A stretch of 64,000 nt of DNA from Burkholderiales bacterium. Its GTDB lineage: Bacteria; Pseudomonadota; Gammaproteobacteria; Burkholderiales; Ga0077523. The position numbers and the translations under genes were made by a program. Positions within the stretch are counted from its first letter, which is position 1, and each line of letters opens with the position of its first letter. This document shows, one piece after another, positions 23,559 through 32,417 of the stretch. The stretch covers positions 17,835 to 81,834 of the forward strand of contig JAIESW010000023.1 in the NCBI GenBank assembly GCA_019745565.1, written 5' to 3'. The notes beneath the pieces are model-generated. The model was not told the origin of the DNA, ran no database searches, and saw only the letters and a list, made by a program, of their open reading frames with translations.

Positions 23559-24035
23559 TTACGCGATGATGAACAAGGGTTCGCCGAACTCGACCGGCTG
23601 GCCGTTCTCCACCAGGACCGCCTTGATCGTGCCGCTCTTGTCGGCCTCGATCTCGTTCAGGAGCTTCATCGCTTCGATGATGCAGAGGGTCTCCCCCTCG
23701 GTGACGGTCTGGCCGATCTCGACGAACGGCTTGCCGCCCGGGGTGGATGCCCGGTAGAACGTCCCGACCATCGGCGACTTCACCGTGTGACCCTCCGGAG
23801 CGGCCGGCGCCTCGGCGGCCTTCGGCGCTGCCTCCGCGACCGGCGCCGGCATCGATGCCGCAGCTGCGGCCGCCGGAAGGGTCATGGTCTGCATGGGCGC
23901 GTGCATCATCACCGCGGAACCATTGGCGCCCACGCGGCTGATGCGGACCCGTTCCTCCCCTTCGGTCACTTCCAGTTCGGCGATGCCTGATTTCTCAACC
24001 AGGTCGATCAGCGCTTTGAGCTTCCTCAAATCCAT
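23559..24035 (-). CDS. accB: Acetyl-CoA carboxylase, biotin carboxyl carrier protein
   Basis: C-terminal biotinyl domain with the EAMKL(L)N biotinylation motif ([13 protein letters not shown]). Confidence 0.95.
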   Translation of the reverse strand: MDLRKLKALIDLVEKSGIAELEVTEGEERVRISRVGANGSAVMMHAPMQTMTLPAAAAAASMPAPVAEAAPKAAEAPAAPEGHTVKSPMVGTFYRASTPGGKPFVEIGQTVTEGETLCIIEAMKLLNEIEADKSGTIKAVLVENGQPVEFGEPLFIIA

Positions 24036-24038
24036 GGC

Positions 24039-24485
24039 TTATCCCTTCCCCCCCATGTTGAGAGCGTGCTCCAACGCAAGCTCGTACCCCTTGGGACCGA
24101 GCCCGCAGATCAACCCGACCGCCAGATCGGTGAAGTAGGAATGGTGGCGGAAGGGCTCGCGCGCGAAGACATTGGACAGGTGCACTTCGATGAACGGCAC
24201 CTTGACCGCCGCCAACGCGTCCCGCAGGGCGACGCTGGTATGCGTGAACGCCGCGGGATTGATGATGATGAAGTCGACCGGCGCCTCGAAGAGCCGCTGT
24301 ACGCGGCCGATCAGCTCCGCTTCGCTGTTGCTCTGGAACGTTTCCAGCGTCGCGCCGGCGGCGCGCGCCCGTTCTGCCAACCGCCCATCGATGTCGGCCA
24401 ACGTCGTCGTTCCGTAGATGCCCGGTTCGCGGCGACCCAGGAGGTTGAGGTTGGGGCCGTGCAGAACCAGGATGCGCCGGCTCAT
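24039..24485 (-). CDS. aroQ: Type II 3-dehydroquinate dehydratase
   Basis: [21 protein letters not shown] and [17 protein letters not shown] motifs. Confidence 0.95.
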   Translation of the reverse strand: MSRRILVLHGPNLNLLGRREPGIYGTTTLADIDGRLAERARAAGATLETFQSNSEAELIGRVQRLFEAPVDFIIINPAAFTHTSVALRDALAAVKVPFIEVHLSNVFAREPFRHHSYFTDLAVGLICGLGPKGYELALEHALNMGGKG

Positions 24486-24798
24486 CGGGGGTGCCTACGT
24501 GCGGCCGGTCCCTGAGCGTGAGCGGGCCTCGTCAGTGGCGCCGGGCAGCTCCGAGGCACTGACACACCCCTGGGGACAGCGACCGAAGCGAGCGTGGTGG
24601 GGCGTTCCATCAAGCGAGTTTGCCGTGGATCGGCGCAGTTTGTCCAGCTTTCGGCTCAGCTTCTGCGCTAGATCACGCGCCTGACAGCTTGAAATCCAAG
24701 GCTCGGCATTCCGGACAAATACGCAGCACCGGTTTCGGCGGGAACCCCTCAAAAAGCCGCCAGATCGGCGAACAAGCCGGCAGTTGCTCGCTTGTTGT

Positions 24799-25326
24799 CT
24801 AGAAAAGGGCCTTGAGAATGGGCTCCAGGCTGGCCTCGGAAGTGGCTCCGAGGATCGTGTGGACGACTTTTCCCGACCGGTCGACCACCACGGTGAAAGG
24901 CAGGGCACCCAGTTCGTTCCCGAGCGAACGCGACATCTCGACGGCGTCCAGCTCCCCCACCAGTACCGGATAGTTGATGCCGACTTCGCGTATGTACGGC
25001 ACCACTTTGTCCTTCTCGTCGATGGCGATGCCGACGAACTGAAGCCCCTGGTCCTTCAGGCGTTCCTGCATCCGGATGAACTCCGGGATCTCCTTGCGGC
25101 ACGGGGCACACCATGTCGCCCAGAAATTCACCACCAGGACCTTTCCCTTCCAGGTGCCGAGCGGCTGCTTGCCGCCATCGATGCTTTCGAGCGGGGTCTC
25201 GAGCAGGCCGGCGGGCGTGACCACCACCGGGCCGCGATTGAGCGGATGCAGGGCCAGCCCCGCCGCGAGCGCTGCCAACGCCACCGCAATGAACAGAAAG
25301 ATCTTGGTACCACGCTTCATCGACAC
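24799..25326 (-). CDS. TlpA/ResA-like membrane-anchored thioredoxin-fold thiol:disulfide oxidoreductase
   Basis: N-terminal TM anchor. VVNFWATWCAPCRKEIP with a CxxC active site. Confidence 0.85.
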   Translation of the reverse strand: MSMKRGTKIFLFIAVALAALAAGLALHPLNRGPVVVTPAGLLETPLESIDGGKQPLGTWKGKVLVVNFWATWCAPCRKEIPEFIRMQERLKDQGLQFVGIAIDEKDKVVPYIREVGINYPVLVGELDAVEMSRSLGNELGALPFTVVVDRSGKVVHTILGATSEASLEPILKALF

Positions 25327-25333
25327 TCCAGGT

Positions 25334-25834
25334 TCAGGGGGTTTTCTCGGGTCTCACGCCGCCGAGGGAATCGATGAGCGAGCCGCTGCCGGCCGGTTCG
25401 GCTGCGCCGATGCCAGGGCCGAGGACCAACTGCTGCTGCTGCGGCGTGTAGCAGACCCCGGCATCGGCGCAGCCCTGCGATCGGGCGGTCAGGGTGAAGC
25501 GCTCGGTCCCTGCGGGCAGCTTGACCGGAACCCGTATCACCACCGGCCCCCGGTAGATCTCGACCCGGCCGAAGAACTCGTCCTCGTGGACGGCGGCCTT
25601 CGGCGTGCGCGGCACGCCGAGCGCCACCGCCGCCGGCTCGGTCGCGAACTTGAGTTTGTCGCGATACAGGTAGTAGCCGGGGGCGATGTCGTACCTGACC
25701 ACGATCTCGTTGCGACTCACGAGCTGGGCGCTCAGGCGAAAGGCCTGCTGAGGTGTCAGCAGATCGCCCTGTCCCGCCCAGGTCGCAGGAGCGCAGCCCA
25801 GCGCGATGCCGAGCAGAAGCCGTTGCAAGCTCAT
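25334..25834 (-). CDS. Stand-alone DsbD N-terminal (alpha) domain protein
   Basis: Signal peptide. DIAPGYYLYRDKLKF. Active-site pair in SQGCADAGVCYTP. Stops after 166 aa with no TM beta domain. Confidence 0.75.
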   Translation of the reverse strand: MSLQRLLLGIALGCAPATWAGQGDLLTPQQAFRLSAQLVSRNEIVVRYDIAPGYYLYRDKLKFATEPAAVALGVPRTPKAAVHEDEFFGRVEIYRGPVVIRVPVKLPAGTERFTLTARSQGCADAGVCYTPQQQQLVLGPGIGAAEPAGSGSLIDSLGGVRPEKTP

Positions 25835-25850
25835 GGAAACCCTCGATCGA

Positions 25851-26180
25851 TCAGCGCGCCGGCGCCACGGAATCGCGTACCCAGTCGAGATAGCCGGCCA
25901 GCCCGGCCATCACGGGAATCGCTACGATCTCGGGCACCTCGTAGGGATGAAGAGCGCGCAGTTCGCGCTCGAGATCAGGGTAGCGGCTGCGGGTGGTCTT
26001 GATCACCAGGGGCGTCTCGTCGGCGGATTCGACTGCACCCTGCCAGCGGTAGACCGACCGGCACCCCGCAAGGATGTTGACGCACGCCGCGGTTCGCGAC
26101 TCGATCAACGTCCGTGCAAGATTCTCCGCCCGCGCCGCATCCGGCATCGTCGTGAACACCATCAACACGTCGTCCGTCAT
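25851..26180 (-). CDS. cutA: Divalent-cation tolerance protein CutA
   Basis: 109 aa. VFTTMPD...AACVNI...SVYRWQG... is the CutA1 fold signature. Confidence 0.88.
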   Translation of the reverse strand: MTDDVLMVFTTMPDAARAENLARTLIESRTAACVNILAGCRSVYRWQGAVESADETPLVIKTTRSRYPDLERELRALHPYEVPEIVAIPVMAGLAGYLDWVRDSVAPAR

Positions 26181-26354
26181 GGTTGAAGGCCGCGCTTCTC
26201 ACCCGCCACCCGGGATACGCCCTCGAAGGTGTGCCCCGCCCGTATCGGGCGCGGCCCGACCGCGGCCGGTGACGTCTCGGCCCGCTCCGATCTCAACGCA
26301 AAAGCGGCCCGGCCTCTGGCGAGAGCGCCGCAGGCCCATCGGGAGGCCATCATC

Positions 26355-27230
26355 TCAGCGCGCCGTTTCCAGGCTCGCCAGGGCGTCGGCCACGGTCGGA
26401 TACTTGAGTCGCACGCGCAGCTCGCGCTTCAAGCGCCCGTTGGCCATCCGCCGCGATTCGCGCATGAACGACAGCAGGTTCTCCGGCACCACGTTCTGCG
26501 CCTCGCGAAAAGTGACCCGCGGCGGCGGCGGCAATCCGAACCGCTCGGCCACCAGGTCGAAGTACTCACCCATGCGCATGCCCGAATCGTCGTTGGCGTT
26601 GTAGGCGCGACCGGCCCGGCCGCGGGACAGCGCCGCGATCACGATGCGGGCGAGGTCGTCCGCATGGATGTGATTGGTATAGGGATCGTCCTCGCTGACA
26701 AGCGCGGGCGTACCCGAGGCGAGCCGCTCGAGCGGCAGACGGTTCGCCGCATAGATGCCCGGCACCCGCAGGATCACGACCGAGACGCCGTTCGCCCGGC
26801 CCCAGGCCCGCAACTGTCGTTCGGCGTCCGCACGGCGACGGGCGCGCGCATTGCCCGGCCGCAGCCGCCGGGTTTCGGTCACCCATTCGCCGCGGCAATC
26901 GCCATAGACGCCGCTGGTACTGATGTACACCAGACGCTGTGGTAACCTCCCGCCCTTCCCGAGCGCCCGGATGAGATTCGCGGTGCGCGTGTCGCGATCG
27001 CCGGTCGCGGGCGGCGGCGCCAGATGGACCACGTCGTGGGCGAGACCCCCCAGACGGTCGAGGCTTTCCGGAATGTCGAGATCGCCCGGAACCGCCACCA
27101 GACCGTGCGAGCGCAGCAGCGTGTGCTTGTCCTGCGTGTGCATCAGGGCGTAGATGCGATAGCGCCCCGCCAGGGCCGGCGCCATGCGCAAGCCGACGTC
27201 GCCGCACCCCACGATCAGCAGTCTTCTCAT
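26355..27230 (-). CDS. NAD(P)-dependent epimerase/dehydratase-family (extended SDR) protein
   Basis: N-terminal Rossmann motif LLIVGCGDVG. 291 aa. Specific substrate unknown. Confidence 0.7.
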   Translation of the reverse strand: MRRLLIVGCGDVGLRMAPALAGRYRIYALMHTQDKHTLLRSHGLVAVPGDLDIPESLDRLGGLAHDVVHLAPPPATGDRDTRTANLIRALGKGGRLPQRLVYISTSGVYGDCRGEWVTETRRLRPGNARARRRADAERQLRAWGRANGVSVVILRVPGIYAANRLPLERLASGTPALVSEDDPYTNHIHADDLARIVIAALSRGRAGRAYNANDDSGMRMGEYFDLVAERFGLPPPPRVTFREAQNVVPENLLSFMRESRRMANGRLKRELRVRLKYPTVADALASLETAR

Positions 27231-27258
27231 GCCTCAATTCTAGATTAACCGTCTCAAG

Positions 27259-28287
27259 ATGGCCTTCCACGTCACGATCGAGAAGACCGGCCACGCGTTC
27301 GACGCGGCCGACGGCGAAACAGTTCTCGCGGCCGCTCAGGCGGCCGGCATCACCCTCCCCTACGGTTGCCGCAACGGCGCGTGCGGCGCCTGCAAGGGCA
27401 AAATCGTCGAAGGCAAGGTGGACTACGGCTCGCACCAGCCGTGGACGCTGACCGACTTCGACAAGTCCCAGGGCTACGCACTCTTCTGCTGTGCCAAGCC
27501 CCTGACCGATCTCGTGATCGACGCCCGCGAAATCGCGGGCGTGGGAGACATCCAGGTGCGGAAGCTCCCGTGCCGCGTGATGAGCATAGAGAAGCCCGCC
27601 GCCGACGTCGCCGTGCTCCGCCTCAAGCTCCCCGCCAATGAGCGCCTGCAGTTTCTCGCCGGGCAGTACCTCGAGATGTTACTGAAGGACGGCAAACGCC
27701 GTGCGTACTCCATGGCGAACCCACCGCATGAGACCGATCACATCGAACTGCACGTGCGCCGCATGCCCGGCGGTGCCTTCACCGAACCCGTCTTCACCAC
27801 GCTGAAGGAGAAGGACATCCTGCGCTTCGAAGGGCCCATGGGTACCTTCTTCCTGCGCGAGGATTCCGACAAGCCGATGGTGCTGCTCGCGAGCGGCACC
27901 GGCTTCGCTCCGATCAAGGCAATCCTCGAGCATGCGTTCCACGAAGGCACGACGCGCCAGATGGTCCTGTACTGGGGCGGCCGCCGTCCCGCGGACATCT
28001 ACCTGGCATCGCTGTGCGAGCAATGGCAGCGCGAGCACGAGAACTTCAGCTTCATCCCCGTGGTGTCGGACGCGCTGCCGGAAGACGGCTGGACCGGGCG
28101 CGACGGTTTCGTGCATCGGGCCGTGATGCAGGATTTCCCCGACCTGTCGGGCCATCAGGTGTACGCGTGCGGCGCGCCGATCGTGGTGGACTCGGCGCAC
28201 AAGGACTTCACGAGCCAGTGCGGACTGCCGGACGAGGAGTTCTACTCGGACAGCTTCACGGCTTCGGTGGATGGCGTGGCGCGCTGA
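27259..28287 (+). CDS. [2Fe-2S] ferredoxin-FAD/NAD(P) oxidoreductase (CDP-6-deoxy-delta-3,4-glucoseen reductase-like)
   Basis: N-terminal plant-type ferredoxin cysteines CRNGACGACKGK...C. RAYSMAN FAD-binding motif. LLASGTGFAPI NAD(P) motif. Confidence 0.85.
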   Translation: MAFHVTIEKTGHAFDAADGETVLAAAQAAGITLPYGCRNGACGACKGKIVEGKVDYGSHQPWTLTDFDKSQGYALFCCAKPLTDLVIDAREIAGVGDIQVRKLPCRVMSIEKPAADVAVLRLKLPANERLQFLAGQYLEMLLKDGKRRAYSMANPPHETDHIELHVRRMPGGAFTEPVFTTLKEKDILRFEGPMGTFFLREDSDKPMVLLASGTGFAPIKAILEHAFHEGTTRQMVLYWGGRRPADIYLASLCEQWQREHENFSFIPVVSDALPEDGWTGRDGFVHRAVMQDFPDLSGHQVYACGAPIVVDSAHKDFTSQCGLPDEEFYSDSFTASVDGVAR

Positions 28288-28305
28288 AAGGCGAACCGCA
28301 TTCGG

Positions 28306-28386
28306 CACGAAGGACACTAAGGCGCACGAAGGAAGGCGAACTCGAACCTTCGTGGCTTTTCCTTCGTGTCCTTCGCGTCCTTCGTG
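28306..28386. repeat. REP-like structured intergenic element built from CACGAAGG / CCTTCGTG units (copy A)
   Basis: Two forward units (28306, 28325) and four reverse units (28347, 28361, 28370, 28379) form nested hairpins. The inner stem cacgaagg-N14-ccttcgtg is followed by gctttt. Lies between convergent stops at 28287 and 28404. Confidence 0.8.
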
Positions 28387-28403
28387 TTGAAAGACTTTCC
28401 GAA

Positions 28404-31202
28404 CTACCCGCTATTCCTCAACCCCGCCGCGATCCCGTTGATCGTGAGCAGGATCGCCCGTTTCACCCGATCGTCGGTTTCCCCCGCCCGCCAGCGCCGC
28501 AGCAGTTCCACCTGCAGATGGTTGAGAGGATCGATGTACGGTGAACGGTTGCGGAAACTCCGCGCGAGTCCGCTGTTCGACTCCAGCAGTTCGCTCTGAC
28601 CGGTGATCGAGAACAGCGCCTGCACCGTTCGATCCCATTCGCCCTGGATGCGCGCGAAGATCTCGGCGCGCAGCGTTTCGTCCGGCACCAGTTCCGCATA
28701 GCGCGAGGCCACGCTCATGTCGCTCTTGCCGAGCACCATGTCCATGTTGGACAGCAGCGCCCGGAAGAACGGCCATTCGCGCACCATGCGGGCGAGCAAT
28801 TCCTTGGCGGATTCGCCGCGCTCGGCTATCAGCGCTGCCACCGCGGTGCCGAACCCGTACCACCCGGGCAGCATGATGCGGGCGAGCGACCACGAGAACA
28901 CCCACGGTATGGCGCGCAGATCCTCGATGCGGTCGGACTTCTTGCGTGACGCGGGCCGGCTGCCGATGTTCATCTCGGCGATTTCCGTGATCGGCGTGGC
29001 CGAGCGGAAGAACTGCACGAAGCCGGGCGTTTCGTAGACGAGGTTGCGGTAAGCCGCGTAGGCGGTGGCGCTCATCTGCTCCAGCACCGCATGCCATTCG
29101 GGCTGACCGCCGCTGGCGCCACGGCTGCCCAGCAGCGTCGCCTCGAACGTCGCGGCCACCAGCGTTTCCAGGTTGCGCCGGCCGATCTCGGGCTCCGAGT
29201 ACTTCGACGCGATCACTTCGCCCTGCTCGGTGATGCGGATCTGGCCCGCCACCGATCCCGGCGGCTGCGCGAGGATGGCCTGGTAGCTCGGACCACCGCC
29301 ACGGCCCACGGTGCCGCCGCGGCCATGGAACAGCCGCAAGCCCACACCGTGTTTCGCGAACACGTCGACGAGCGCGAGCTCGGCCTTGTACAGTTCCCAA
29401 TTCGACGTGAGAAAGCCGCCGTCCTTGTTGCTGTCGGAGTACCCGAGCATCACCTCCTGCACGTTGCCACGGCTCGCGAGCAGCTTGCGGTAGTAGGGCA
29501 CGGAAAAAAGATCGTCCATGATCGGACCGCACCCGCGCAGGTCGGCGATGGTCTCGAACAGCGGGATGATGTTGACGTGCAGCTTCGCATCCAGCGCCGG
29601 CTCGAGCATGCCGGCCTCCTTGGCGAGCAGCGCCACCTCCAGGACGTCACTCACGCTGCCGGCGTTGGAGATGATGTAGTTCGGGAGCGCCCTGCGACCG
29701 TACCGCTGCTGCATCTCGGCGGCGGTGTCGAGCACGGCGAGTTCCCGTTGCGAGTCCTCGCTGTAGCGGAGATACGGCGAGCGCAACAGCCGCGGGATCT
29801 CCAGCTCCGCCACCAGCCAGCGGCGGCGCTCCTCTTCGTCGATGCTCGCGTAGCCGCCGCGCCGCGCGCCGAGGCGGAACAGTTCCGCCACCACCTGCTC
29901 GTGGATGCCGCTGTGCTGGCGCATGTCGAGCGGCGTCAGATGGAAGCCGAAGATGGAGGCCGCATGCATCAGGCTGCGCAGGCGCCCTGCCGCCACGCGG
30001 GCCGATCCGTTCTGCTGCAGCGATTCCGACAGCACGCGCAGATCGGCGATGAAAGCCTCGACATCCGGGTAGGGCTTCGACTCGCCCACCGCACGCCGGT
30101 CGGGCGAATGGTGGTCCAATGCGATGGAAGTCGCGGCGAGCTTGCTGTAGATGCCGATCAGCGCCCGGCGATAGGGTTCGTCGCGCCGGTGACCGGACGC
30201 ATCCGGTGCCGCGTCGGCCATGGCCGCCAGTGCCGGACTGATCGTGACCACACGCAACGATTGCGACAGTTCGCTGCCGAGCGTGTGCACCTCGCTCAAA
30301 TACCAGTCCATGGCGAGCGAGCTCTGCCGCATCAGTGCATGCCGCATCACGTCGGCGGTGACGAACGGATTGCCGTCGCGATCGCCGCCGATCCAGCTCC
30401 CCAACCTCAGGAACGGAGCCGCCGACAACGTCGTGCCGGGCCAGCGCGCGGCGACCTGCTCCTCCACCTGCGCATACAGCTTGGGCAGCTGCGACAGGAA
30501 CGTGTAGCGATAGTAGGACAGCCCGTTCTCGATCTCGTCGGCCACGGTCAGCTTGAGTTCGCGCAGCACGCGGGTCTGCCACAGCGTCAGCACGAGGCAG
30601 CGCAGCGATTCCTCGTTGGCGGCGCGTTCGTCCGCCGTGAGTTGCAGCCGGTCGCGGTCGGTGAGCAGTCGCGCGATCTCGAGCTGGCAATCGAGGATGC
30701 TCTTGCGCTGCACCTCGGTCGGATGCGCCGTCAGCACCGGGGAGATGAGAGCGCGCCCGAAGAACGCGGCCACCTGCGGCCCCTCGATGCCGGCGGCCAG
30801 CGCCCGATCGAGCGCCAGTGCGAGCGAACCCTCGGCAGGCGGCCCCCCCTCGAGCTGCTGCGCTCGGTGCCGTCGGTTCTGGTGCTGATCCTCGGCGATG
30901 TTCGCGAGCAGCGAGAAATAGCTGAACGCACGGATCACGGCTGTCACGCGACCGGGGTCCAGCAGATCCAGCGTGGCCTCGAGCTCGCTCTTGGCCTGTT
31001 CGTCGCGATCGCGGCGGAACCGGATCGCGGTCTGGCGGATGCGCTCGATCAGCTCGAACGCGTCATCGCCCTCCTGCTCGCGCAGAGTGATGCCGAGCAT
31101 CCGGCCGAGCAGCCGGATGTCCTCCTTCAACGGCAACTCCGGGTCCTGCACGACTTCGGCTTGGGTGTTGGCGTTCATGCCCGCGTCCTCGGGTGGAAAC
31201 AT
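28404..31202 (-). CDS. ppc: Phosphoenolpyruvate carboxylase
   Basis: Full-length Ppc homology, including VLTAHPTEVQRK, GYSDSNKDGG, FHGRGGTVGRGGGP and C-terminal INGIAAGLRNSG. The start is either the ATG at 31202 (directly after the hemY TGA) or the ATG at 31178. Confidence 0.95.
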   Translation of the reverse strand: MFPPEDAGMNANTQAEVVQDPELPLKEDIRLLGRMLGITLREQEGDDAFELIERIRQTAIRFRRDRDEQAKSELEATLDLLDPGRVTAVIRAFSYFSLLANIAEDQHQNRRHRAQQLEGGPPAEGSLALALDRALAAGIEGPQVAAFFGRALISPVLTAHPTEVQRKSILDCQLEIARLLTDRDRLQLTADERAANEESLRCLVLTLWQTRVLRELKLTVADEIENGLSYYRYTFLSQLPKLYAQVEEQVAARWPGTTLSAAPFLRLGSWIGGDRDGNPFVTADVMRHALMRQSSLAMDWYLSEVHTLGSELSQSLRVVTISPALAAMADAAPDASGHRRDEPYRRALIGIYSKLAATSIALDHHSPDRRAVGESKPYPDVEAFIADLRVLSESLQQNGSARVAAGRLRSLMHAASIFGFHLTPLDMRQHSGIHEQVVAELFRLGARRGGYASIDEEERRRWLVAELEIPRLLRSPYLRYSEDSQRELAVLDTAAEMQQRYGRRALPNYIISNAGSVSDVLEVALLAKEAGMLEPALDAKLHVNIIPLFETIADLRGCGPIMDDLFSVPYYRKLLASRGNVQEVMLGYSDSNKDGGFLTSNWELYKAELALVDVFAKHGVGLRLFHGRGGTVGRGGGPSYQAILAQPPGSVAGQIRITEQGEVIASKYSEPEIGRRNLETLVAATFEATLLGSRGASGGQPEWHAVLEQMSATAYAAYRNLVYETPGFVQFFRSATPITEIAEMNIGSRPASRKKSDRIEDLRAIPWVFSWSLARIMLPGWYGFGTAVAALIAERGESAKELLARMVREWPFFRALLSNMDMVLGKSDMSVASRYAELVPDETLRAEIFARIQGEWDRTVQALFSITGQSELLESNSGLARSFRNRSPYIDPLNHLQVELLRRWRAGETDDRVKRAILLTINGIAAGLRNSG

Positions 31203-32411
31203 TCAAAGGGGTGTCCTCCGACGACCTCCCGAGACGGTGCGCAGCTGCTCGAGTACCAGATCGAGTGCGGCCCGTCGGTGTTGTCCGGCTTCTTCTTCGC
31301 GGCCGGTGAGTTCCGATAGCTGAGCGAGTTCGAGATGGGCGGTGTGCGACGGCTCCACCCCGATGCTCGCTTCGAAATAACTGCGCGCCTTGCCCCACAG
31401 TCCCGCCTGGGCACACAGCCGGCCCAGCGCGATCAGCAAGGTCGCGTCGCGCGGATGCGCCGGCAGCCAGCGTTCCGCCTTCTGGATCTGATCGCGCGTG
31501 TCGTCGGCGGGACAATCCGGGTACAGCGCCACCAGCTGCGTATCCCACTGCTCTTCGAGAGCCGCCTCGATGACCTGGTGCGCCTCGCCGCACGACCCCA
31601 CGGTCGCGAAACACTCCGCCGCAGTCCGCGCCACCAGCGGGTCGAGCTTGAGATCGGACGGCAACCGTTCCCACGCATCGCGGAACTGCTTCGCATTGAT
31701 CGCCTTGCGCTTCAAGCCTTCCGCCGTCGCGGTGCGGCGCAGCTGCGATGCCACGACCGGATCCAGCACGCCCTTGGCCGCAAGCTTCGGCAGCAGCTCG
31801 AGCACCCGGTCCCAGTTCTTCGACATCTGGTGCGCCTTCAGCTCGAGGCGCAGCGCCGCCGTGTGACCGCCGCGCAGGCGCTCCAGCACCGCGAGACCAT
31901 CGTGGTGGCGCCGTTCGTCCAGCAGCAGTTCGGCCTGGGTGATGTGATGCAGATACTCCTCCGACGTGGCAGCCGATTCGACCCGCGCCAGGTAGGCATC
32001 GCGGGCTTCGAACGCGCGCATCTCGTGCGCAGCACGGGCTGCGATCACCGCCGACAACGCCGGCTCTTCGCCGGAGTCGAGCGCCGTCGCCGCCGACTTC
32101 TGTGCCCGGCCGAAGCGCCCCTCGAAGTACGCCCGCAAGGCGTCCTTGAACGCCACCCGCCCCGCGTCGTTGCGGCGCCGCGCGCGGAACCGGCGTGCTT
32201 CCTCGGGCAGGGCGACCGCGAGGAACAACCCGCGGAGGAGGAAATAGGCCAGCACGAAGGCGGCCGCGATCGCCATCACGGCGAGATTGAGCGAAAGCTC
32301 GATCCTCGTGGTGGGCAGCGCGATCAGGACATAACCGGTGTTGTAGCGCGCCGCGAGCACCACGCCGACGGCGACTGCGAAGAGGGCAAGAATCCAGACG
32401 AGCGCGCGCAT
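31203..32411 (-). CDS. hemY: Heme biosynthesis-associated TPR protein HemY
   Basis: Two N-terminal TM segments, then TPR-like repeats. Sits downstream of hemX as in other proteobacteria. Confidence 0.85.
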   Translation of the reverse strand: MRALVWILALFAVAVGVVLAARYNTGYVLIALPTTRIELSLNLAVMAIAAAFVLAYFLLRGLFLAVALPEEARRFRARRRNDAGRVAFKDALRAYFEGRFGRAQKSAATALDSGEEPALSAVIAARAAHEMRAFEARDAYLARVESAATSEEYLHHITQAELLLDERRHHDGLAVLERLRGGHTAALRLELKAHQMSKNWDRVLELLPKLAAKGVLDPVVASQLRRTATAEGLKRKAINAKQFRDAWERLPSDLKLDPLVARTAAECFATVGSCGEAHQVIEAALEEQWDTQLVALYPDCPADDTRDQIQKAERWLPAHPRDATLLIALGRLCAQAGLWGKARSYFEASIGVEPSHTAHLELAQLSELTGREEEAGQHRRAALDLVLEQLRTVSGGRRRTPL

Positions 32412-32417
32412 GCGCGG

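Noticed and set aside
24486-24798. 313-bp gap between the TlpA-like gene and aroQ, including track ORF 24495-24908. That ORF has a helical-looking stretch (ARDLAQKLSRKLDKLRRS).
   Set aside because: The plausible stretch has no nearby in-frame start codon or RBS, and the 5' part of the ORF overlaps the TlpA-like gene out of frame. The gap probably holds the aroQ-accBC promoter region. I could not support an sRNA or a small protein from sequence alone.
28306-28386. Possibility that the CACGAAGG-unit clusters (here and at 61244-61326) are CRISPR arrays
   Set aside because: The units are only 8-9 nt, directly abutting or separated by 1-3 nt. They occur in both orientations and form hairpins. There are no unique spacers and no cas genes. 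They are better described as REP-like elements.
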